Part shown: in pieces, positions 54,807 to 64,000 of the stretch
Layout of the letters: the number at the start of each line of letters is the position of its first letter
Position numbering within the stretch: position 1 is the stretch's first letter
Source of the DNA: Octopus sinensis
Taxonomy: Eukaryota
Assembly: GCF_006345805.1 (NCBI RefSeq)
Contig: NC_043004.1
Coordinates: 23,188,001 to 23,252,000, forward strand
Reading direction: 5' to 3'
DNA: 64,000 nt
The notes under the pieces: model-generated
Databases searched by the model: none
The model's input: the letters and a program-made list of their open reading frames with translations, nothing else
What the model was told of the DNA's origin: nothing
Made by a program: the position numbers and the translations under genes

Positions 54807-54890
54807 GAGGCGCAATGGCCCAGTGGTTAGGGCAGCGGACTCGCGGTCGGAGCATCGCGGTTTCGATTCCCAGACCGGGCGTTGTGTGTG
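54803..54890 (+). mobile_element. tRNA-like SINE head (family C-related), 3' truncated
   Basis: GTGGAGGCGCAATGGCCCAGTGGTTAGGGCAGCGGACTCGCGGTC...GGTTTCGATTCCCAGACC; A/B boxes present but no CCA/acceptor-stem closure. Confidence 0.75.
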
Positions 54891-56084
54891 TTTAAAATAT
54901 AATGTGTAATTGAGCCAAACTCATCTTAGTAAAGGAGTGTTTCTGAATTGATCATTGATGTACATTGCATTGACCCTTTAATTGTTCTGTGCATCACATT
55001 TGATACAGAGAACATATTCCGTTGGCATCTATGCATCATGTATGACGCACATTCCAATTTTGTTTTTCAACAACCAGAGTAACTTCAGCCTTATGAAAAG
55101 AAACAAAGTGTTATATTAATCAGAACATATGGAACAAGAGCTAACTAAAAGTCTGAACACAGCATAGGCGTTTAGGAAAATACTTCGTGCAAGCAGAGGG
55201 ATTATGTATATGCATCGGGACTGAACCATCTGATAATGTTAAGCAATTCATAGACAATTACGTAGGTTCAGAAAACAAAGATAATAATCGGCAAAATTAA
55301 CCGGCTGAGTACATCTTCAACTTCATTAGTATCAGCAATGACCTTCCATATATGCCACTTCTTGTATCAATAAATCTTCAGTCTTTAACTACTTTCGGTT
55401 CTGTCTTTCCTCAATCATTTTCACTTTACGAAAGTAATTATCCTCAGTTCTAACTCTCAGTTGCACACGCACGCACGGAGGCACATACATTCATACACAC
55501 ATTCTGATAGATAGATAGATATACATCCTAAGACACGCACAGTCACACGCATATATATATATATACATATATGTATGTGTATGTATGTATGTATTGTGCA
55601 GTCAACTAATATATAGTTCCCTGTCGATAATTTAATCCAAGTGATTACAAATTAAACTACGGAAACGACTTATTCTTGTTAATGAATGACAATTCAAAGT
55701 TGTACAGTAACTTCATCCAAATCAAATTGGCTGGCGGCCGAAAGTCATTTATTTCCAGTGAACAAGCGTGAAAATGTTGAATTTCCTGCGTTGTTTAAGA
55801 GACGTATAGAATATTTTATGATATTTCGATTTGACTTTCTACGCTCCGAGTACAAATCAACTTATGGTTAACTTCGATTTTCATCCTTCCTATGTCGCTT
55901 CTCCTTTCTTTCTCACTCGGATTTAGCTATAACAAAGAAGATGACATCTAAAACAACATTTCCCAAATAACTCAATTTTTGTATTGCCCCACGCAAACTC
56001 TGTGTCAACCGAATGATGTCTGTCAAGGAATATACAGAAGTGTTCGACCTGATAATATATGGATGGAAAGACTCATTTGGAAAA

Positions 56085-56899
56085 ACGGACAATATCTAAG
56101 GAAAATTCATCACTAAAATCTTCAACAACTTGGAAAGGTTCCTAGACTTGGAAAATGGGTACCTCATGAATTGTCTGAAAACAAACCCAAATCCCGAGTT
56201 GACATCTGCTCTTCTCTCCATTCTCGCAAACTCATTTCACCCTTTTTGCATAGACTTGACTGGTGACGAAAAATGGATCTTCTGTCGAAATGTTAAACGT
56301 CGTAAACAGTGACTTGGTAAAAGGGAAAAGGCTCAACCACAACCGAGAAAGGAACTTCATGGGAAAAAGTTTCTTCTCTCTATCTGGTGGGATTGCAAAG
56401 GAGTAATTCACTTTGAATTGTTACCACCTAATGCAACAATCAATGCTCAAATCTACTGTCAGCAATTAGAGCGTGTGAACCAAGCTTTGAAGAAAAAAGA
56501 CCCGCTTTAGTGAATCGAAAAGGAGTGATGTTTCATCAGGACAAACTGCAAAGATCACATCACAGAAGTTTGAATAGCTTGGTTGGGAAAAAATTCCTCA
56601 TTCACCTTATTCCCCCGACCTTGCTCCTTCAGACTACCATTTGTTTCGTTGTTTACAGAATCCTTTGGCGGACATAACTTTCGCAAGCAAGGAGGAGGTC
56701 GAAACTGACATTTCAGAGTTCTTCGCTTTGAAACCAAAAGAGTTTTACATTGATAGGATTAAAAAGCTTGTAAATAGAAGGAAGGAAGTCATAGATAATC
56801 AGGGAAAGTACATTGATGATTAAATTTCAATTAAATATAACATTTGGTCACTTGTTTTCTTTAATAAAAATTCGGACAGAACTTATGGGATGACCTGAT
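56085..56899 (+). pseudogene. Mariner transposase 3' two-thirds with right TIR
   Basis: LTGDEKWIFCRNVKRRKQ; PHSPYSPDLAPSDYHLFRCLQN...NQGKYIDD* (stop 56823); terminal AATTCGGACAGAACTTATGGGATGACCTGA-TA. A matching left TIR was not found. Confidence 0.88.
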
Positions 56900-56913
56900 A
56901 TATATATATATAT

Positions 56914-56976
56914 ACTTTGATAGGTTTCGGCCATTATTGGCCCAGGCCATGTCTAACTTAATAGCACCACCTGGTG
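56914..56976 (-). mobile_element. 63-bp extreme 3' end of the CR1/L2-like LINE at 59831-60296
   Basis: Identical to 59838-59900 (ACTTTGATAGGTTTCGGCC...CACCACCTGGTG); embedded in (TA)n. Confidence 0.85.
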
Positions 56977-57017
<41 letters not shown>

Positions 57018-57019
57018 AT

Positions 57020-57140
57020 TGTCCTGCTTGCTTAGCCAGCGGGGTAGCGTCACTTGAAGGCTAAAACAATGCAAAGCGCATTGTGACCAGCGATGTGTAG
57101 CAGCATCTGATAGTCTGGTCGGTCACGGTGATCACGGTGA

Positions 57141-57178
<38 letters not shown>

Positions 57179-57330
57179 CGGGCTTCTTTCAATTTTCGTA
57201 TATAAAGTCCACTCACACGGCTTGGGTCGGCACGCAGCTCTAGTAGTAGTCACTTGCATAGGGTACCATGCAGTGTGCCGGAACCTGGATCTATGTAATC
57301 GAGAAGCCAACTTCTTACCGCACGGCCATA
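57020..57330. mobile_element. SINE C-type tail (+, ~57020-57142) and SINE B head (-, ~57175-57330)
   Basis: AATGCAAAGCGCATTGTGACCAGCG...TCACGGTGATCACGGTGA; then AGTCCACTCACACGGCTTGGGTCGG...CGGAACCTGG...TTACCGCACGGCCA. Confidence 0.7.
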
Positions 57331-59453
57331 TGTGTGCTTACTTTTGTTGAAATGTCGTTTCGCAAAAAATTCACAGCAAGTGAATAAGTTGAATTCGAAA
57401 CCAAGAATTCATATCGAACAGGAGTAAATATGTTACTGATTTTCGTCTTAGCCATTATTTCAGGTTTTCCCATCATTACAGTAATCTGGTACATTAAAAA
57501 CAAACATGTCTAGCTAATGCTTTTATATGTAGACAGTTTGGCTGTCTACATATAAGAGTATTTGACTAGATATGCCCAAAGTAAACACTTTAGCATAACC
57601 AGTATATTTATGAAGAAGATTTTAATACACTTGCAAAACAAAATATAATTCTCAGGATTAACAAAACCTTCTTTCCGAGACAAACTTACTGTATTCGACC
57701 ATGTTCATCTTTCTACTTACTCATGGCTGTAGAAAGTGTTCGTTTTCTTAAGGCTTTTTTTTTTAAATATTGACAAAGAAAAGACTTCATATCAACTATT
57801 CTGATAAAACTTTCTAACTTTCCTAAAGCTCTGACGTGGGAGTGTGTATGTATATTCTGTGTGTATATAATCATCCTATTCATATACAGTCTTTCATATT
57901 TATACCCGAGGCATCAACAAGCAATTTCATTTCCACACAGATTTTCCCCAACTCTATATTTAGGATGATTTCTTGGAAATGAAACAAGATTCCTATTATA
58001 GAAGGTGATAGATAACACTTCCAATAGCATTATATTCATAAACACATATATAAGCATATATGTGTGCGTGAGAGAGAGAGAAAAAGAGAGTGTGTATATA
58101 TGTGCGCGCACGCATGTGTGTATGTATATATATATATATAACTATGTGTATATATATATATACATATACACGCATACATATATATACATACATACATACA
58201 TGTACATACATATACATGCACGTGTATATACATGCACGTGTGTATACATACATATACATACATGCAAAATTTGATGCAGGTATATATGTAGGTAGATGGG
58301 TGGGTGAGTGAGTGGGTAGGTATGTAAACAGGCAGGTAGGCATGCAGGTAGATATGAGTATAATATACCGAATATAACTAAAAATATCTTTTAATGAAAT
58401 ATAAATAAATAGGCGAATTCCTAACTGTAATTCTCTACTCAATTCTTGCAGCCATGTTTATATCTAAATAAGACGTTTAATTACCACCCCTTCCTCCCTT
58501 TTTCCTCAGGGTAAGTTTTAATGTCTGTCCTGCGGCTAATATGGTTTTCCTCTAGAGAATGCCCTTTATCATTTTAGTTTTCTTCATAAAAAAAAAAAAC
58601 TCAAGTTGGTAACATTACATAGTTCCAGGCTCTTCAGAAACACGATTTGTTCTTCAGTTTTATTGCCAATGAAGGTGTATTAATCACGATGAACATTTCT
58701 CTGGGGTTTTTTGTTTGTTTTTGTTTTTTTGTGGGGGTGGGAGTTTATTTTGTTTTGTTTTGTTTTTTAAGATAACCCTCATAGCAACACGATAAATAAA
58801 TATATCTCGAAAGATATTCGTGTCTTTTAGACGTGAAATAAAGCGAATAAAAATTATATATATCGCTTAAACATAAAAGGGTAGCAATCTTTTGATTTGA
58901 TTTTGATTATCGATTATTTACAATTCGACTATAAAAACGATAAAAACAATATAAATTATATACGACTTTCATAAACATTGCACTTGAGGAATGTAATGTT
59001 ATTACAGTGAAAATGAAACAGTGGAAAAATGTGCGACTAACTGTCTATAAAATTTCTCTAAAGATTTCTCTCTTCTGATGTATATATTCTTTCTTCTGAA
59101 GCTGTAAATTCTATTCTCATTGATTGTTTCGTTGTATAAATACGTTTAGAGCTTCCTTCACACTTAGTTACTGAAGTGGGCTTTGTATGAGAATGGTTCT
59201 GTGTGATAAAAATCTTAATAGATTTAACCTGATATACTAAAGAGAGGGAGGTATTCAAACACATACACACTAAATACAGCATCTAGCTGCATGCATTTCA
59301 ACGTGCATGTACGTGTGTGTGTGTATATATATATATATATGTAGAGAGGTAGATAGATAGATATAGAGAGAGAGAAATGTAAACATACGCATATAGGTAC
59401 ATACGTATGTAGAAATATTTATAGGTACAAACACAAGCTTTCATACGTGCGCG

Positions 59454-59506
<53 letters not shown>

Positions 59507-59830
59507 ATATAATATATATATACATATATATAAATATATATATTATATATATATATACATATATATAAATCCATAATCGTTAGTCCAACCAAATGTATTG
59601 TTCAACTATAGTTCACCAGGAATCAAAAAGAGAAACAATATTTTTTGTCGGGCTATTGATAACAGATTAAATCTATTCTTCACTCACAGGCTTATCCTTG
59701 AGTAATATATTGTAAGTGGCCAGACATAGCTTCCTTTTGAACTAGTCAGCCCTTGTAATATATATATATATAAATACAAACGTACATACCTACATACATA
59801 CATGCATGTATGTATGCATATGTATATATA

Positions 59831-60296
59831 CTTTGATACTTTGATAGGTTTCGGCCATTATTGGCCCAGGCCATGTCTAACTTAATAGCACCACCTGGTG
59901 AAATCTTTCAAGTCAGAATTTGGGCACTATGGCCCACTCAAGTAGAGAGTTATTGTTTACAGAGACATATCCGGGTGTAGGGGGTTTATCCGGGATTTCT
60001 TGAAGGTGAAATAATTGTGCCGTATTGTTGTTATGAGATGAGAGTGCGATTTTTGTTTTGGGCGGATGGCACGGGGCCCAAGCCTTGGATGTACCTTAAA
60101 GGTGATGCCTTAAAGGTGATGCCAACATCATTTGGGCAATGCTGATGGAATATTTTCCACATCATGCAGATGATGTAGCGCTCACGACAACGTTGGAGAG
60201 AATAAAGTTTTAGCTTTTCTAGTCGACCCCAATAGTCGAGGCCTGTCATGCCATCTATCTTTTTTGTGATTGCCCTTTGAGGTGCTTCAACTTTTA
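59831..60296 (-). mobile_element. CR1/L2-like LINE 3' fragment (ORF2 C-terminus + 3' UTR + TATCAAAG tail repeats)
   Basis: [47 protein letters not shown]; a 14-nt duplication (GGCATCACCTTTAA) shifts the frame; ends GGCCGAAACC(TATCAAAG)2. Clade assignment is approximate. Confidence 0.8.
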
Positions 60297-60358
60297 TGAT
60301 ACCTATATATATATATATATATATGTGTACCTCGCAGAGATAATGATAGTACCTGTTC

Positions 60359-60428
<70 letters not shown>

Positions 60429-60794
60429 TACATACATGCATGTGTGTATGCATATGTATATAATATATATATATATATGTGTGTGTGTGTACCTCGCAGT
60501 TCATTGTTCATTGTTCATATGTATATGTATGTATATATATATATGTGTGTATATATATATATGTGTGTGTGTGTGTGTGAGTGTTCTTTCATTTTAGTCC
60601 TTTATCCGTGTTTTTCATGACACTAACTCCTATTTATTTCTCCAAGTAAAGGATAACGTATTCACACAAACACACACGCACACATCCATACACACGTACA
60701 TACACACACATGCACGCACGCACAAGTATATGTGTGCACGCGCATCGATGTATAAATAAATATGCGTGTGTATACATATACACACATACATATA

Positions 60795-60837
<43 letters not shown>

Positions 60838-60879
60838 TCTGTGTATTTGTGTGGGTGGGTGTGTATGTGTTTGAGTGTG

Positions 60880-61190
60880 TGTCTATGGCTATGTGGAAAG
60901 AAGTTTACTGCTCCACCACATTATAACCCGCATAGACCAATGCCAAAATGGATCTGCAGAAGGAAACTCTAAGAAGCCTGTTGTGTATATACCTGTGTGT
61001 GTCTGTGTCTGTTTATCCTTGTGTCTGTGCTTTGAACCCCACCACTTGGTTTGTTTACTTTCCTATAAACTAGCGGTTCGGCAAAAGGAAGTCGACAGAA
61101 TAAATCTTAGACTCCAAAAATAAGTGGTGAGGTTGATTCGCTGAGCTAAAACCTATACATTATATGATTGCAGTTTAATTACTGAAATAC
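60880..61190 (+). mobile_element. SINE family B, degenerate
   Basis: ATGGCTATGTGGAAAGAAGTTTAC head; TAGCGGTTCGGCAAAAGGAAGTCGACAGAATAA tail. Confidence 0.65.
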
Positions 61191-61343
61191 ATGGTAGCAG
61201 GTAATATATATATATATATATATATATACGGTTTAAGTAATTGAGATTCAAGTGAGTTCTAATGAATTCACATGAATATGGTCCTTAACTAGGATGCACC
61301 GGAAGTCTATATGGTGTTAACCATACGACAAAGTGGGGTGATT

Positions 61344-61382
<39 letters not shown>

Positions 61383-62709
61383 TACAGAGAGAGAGAGAGA
61401 CGGACGGCCAGACAAATAGACATGTATAGCTGCGGATAGGTGTCTTTTACTATAGCGCAGAGGCAACCAAAACCACGTGAGAAGATTTGGTTGACGGAAA
61501 TTTGAAGCCCACCATATATGTATACGTATGTATGCGTGTATATATGAATGTATGTGCATATGTATGTATGTATGTAGGTAGGTAGATAGGTAGGTACGTA
61601 ATGTAATAGGTGTGTTATGTAAGTAGTCAGTTTTGTATCCCACTCTAACTCTGGCATGAACAGCAAATGAAACTTGTGGTGCCGAAAATGTCTATTAAAG
61701 GTGACTAAACGCGGTTTATCATTGAACGGACTGGTATATATTAAAAGTGATAATTAAAAATCAAACCATTCCGGGGGTCGATAGAATGAGTTCCAGTTGA
61801 GCACTGGAGTCGATGTAATTGACTTAGACCCTTCCCTAAACTTGCTGGCCTTGTGCCACAATTGGAAACCAATATGTATACAAAAAGTCGAAATACGGGG
61901 GTGATAAAAATCTAGAGGCAGTTCCAGGGTTTTGCTGGAAAGGGCGAGTTAACTGGATATTACTCTAAGAGGAGGTATATTCGAGTAAAGGGTGAAATGT
62001 TCACTGGATAGTAATTAAAAAAAAGTCCTATAAGAAGATAAGAGAAGGAGGTCAAAGCATAAATTAGGATGAACTAAGTGATAGCAAGTGTAGCATAACG
62101 AAGACGATGGGCACTTCAAAAAATTTTTTTCTTAAATACAAAAAATAACAGGAATCTCAAAAGATTACTTGAAAGATTTATTTATTTTTAGCCTGATAAA
62201 ACACTTTAGTTTAGACGAGTAAATGGACATTCTAGCTTTTTAATCTTAGTTTTGTTTTTATTTTTGCTTCCATCAGACCAATGCTATCGCTTAAATAAGG
62301 TTCCTTCTCTTCCCTCGCCAATGTAGGTAGCTTGAAAGTCATGTCTCCGTTATTGTTGTTGTTGCAATTATTGTGATGAGTTTTTGTTTCGTTATTTGTA
62401 AGCACCGCCTACCAGCGAAATACAATTATTTGAATCATAGAGAGTAGTCTACTTCCTCGAGATGGTGTATTCTGTATTATCTAGCAGTTTTTTTATGGGA
62501 CTTCACCCTATGAAGCAACCACAGGTAGCTGTTGTTAAACAATGTCTAAATACATTGCAATTATTACGAGTAACCTTACATGACGCTATATTAATATGAA
62601 CCTTGCAACTTAAAGCTGATACAAGATGCAGAAACGTGCCTCATGACCTATCCTTAAAGTTTATTGACTTCCATCCTCGTGTTATATTAGCATTATCATT
62701 ACTAATGCG

Positions 62710-63258
<549 letters not shown>

Positions 63259-63311
63259 TATTATTATTATTATTATTGTTTTGTTATTATTATTATTATT
63301 TTATATTTGAC

Positions 63312-63588
63312 TTTTGCGGAATTTGAACTCAGAACGTAGCGGCAGACGAAATACCTATTTCTTTACTACCCACAAGGGGCTAAACACAGAGAGGACAAAC
63401 AAGGACAGACAAATGGACTAAGTCGATTATATCGTCCCCAGTGCGTAACTGGTACTTAATTTATCGACACCGAAAGGATGAAAGGTAAAGTCGACCTCGG
63501 CGGAATTTGAACTCAGAACGTAACGGCAGACGAAATAAGGCTACGCATTTCACCAGGCGTGTTAACGATTCTGCCAGCTCGCCGCCTT
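63312..63588 (-). mobile_element. Full long-tail SINE A (63355-63588) joined to an internal SINE A fragment (63316-63354)
   Basis: Minus strand AAGGCGGCGAGCTGGC...GTAGTAAAGAAATAG|GTATTTCGTCTGCCGCTACGTTCTGAGTTCAAATTCCGC. Confidence 0.85.
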
Positions 63589-63699
63589 ACATAATTAAAA
63601 TATTAAAAAATTGACATGCTCATGTATTCAGTTCTATTTTTACCTATTCTACCAAACCTGCACATGTGTAACATATACACAGATAGATATATAGATAGA

Positions 63700-64000
63700 T
63701 AGGTACATACATACATACATACATACATACATACATACATACATACATACATACATACATACATACATGCATACATACTATACATACTACATACATACAT
63801 ACTAATACATACATACATACATACATACATACATACATACATACATACATACATACATACTACATAATACATACATACATACATACATACATGCATACAT
63901 ACATCATACATACATGCTACTCCATACTTACATACATACATACATACATACTACATACATACATACATACATACATACATACATACATACATACATACAT
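63700..64000. repeat. (CATA)n microsatellite running off the window end
   Basis: Direct inspection. Confidence 0.95.

Noticed and set aside
55590-56085. Possible left half of the second Mariner
   Set aside because: It does not match the right TIR at 56868-56899 and gives no clear transposase N-terminus.
56925-56945. GGCC-AATAAT-GGCC-GAAAC resembles hammerhead stem II plus GAAAC
   Set aside because: The CUGANGA core is absent in both copies; better explained as the LINE 3' stem-loop.

Overview
AT-rich, microsatellite-saturated eukaryotic non-coding DNA. The repeat inventory (three tRNA-derived SINE families, Mariner, Penelope, R4/Dong-type and CR1/L2-type LINE relics) matches what I know of octopus genomes; this taxon call is an inference. 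I found no credible host protein-coding exon, and nearly all ORF-track entries are translations of (TA)n/(TG)n/(GA)n/(TAA)n runs. Recognisable coding relics: an IS630-Tc1-mariner fragment (~5.5-5.9 kb), three R4/Dong-type restriction-like-endonuclease 3' fragments in (TAA)n arrays (29.4-31.3 kb), a Penelope GIY-YIG C-terminus (37381-38022), two Mariner pseudogenes (44.3-45.6 and 56.1-56.9 kb) and a CR1/L2-like 3' end (59.8-60.3 kb). The most notable signal is at 6.2-7.8 kb: two different non-coding elements with a ~350-nt repeat period. Each carries a minimal type I hammerhead ribozyme with a non-canonical U3 core (6418-6462 minus; 7560-7602 plus) at the tip of a long rod-like stem, plus a partial tandem repeat and a 5' inversion. 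They look like retrozyme-like, Penelope-mobilised elements. Activity, circularity and novelty are untested. All alignments and folds were done by eye, and SINE boundaries are approximate.
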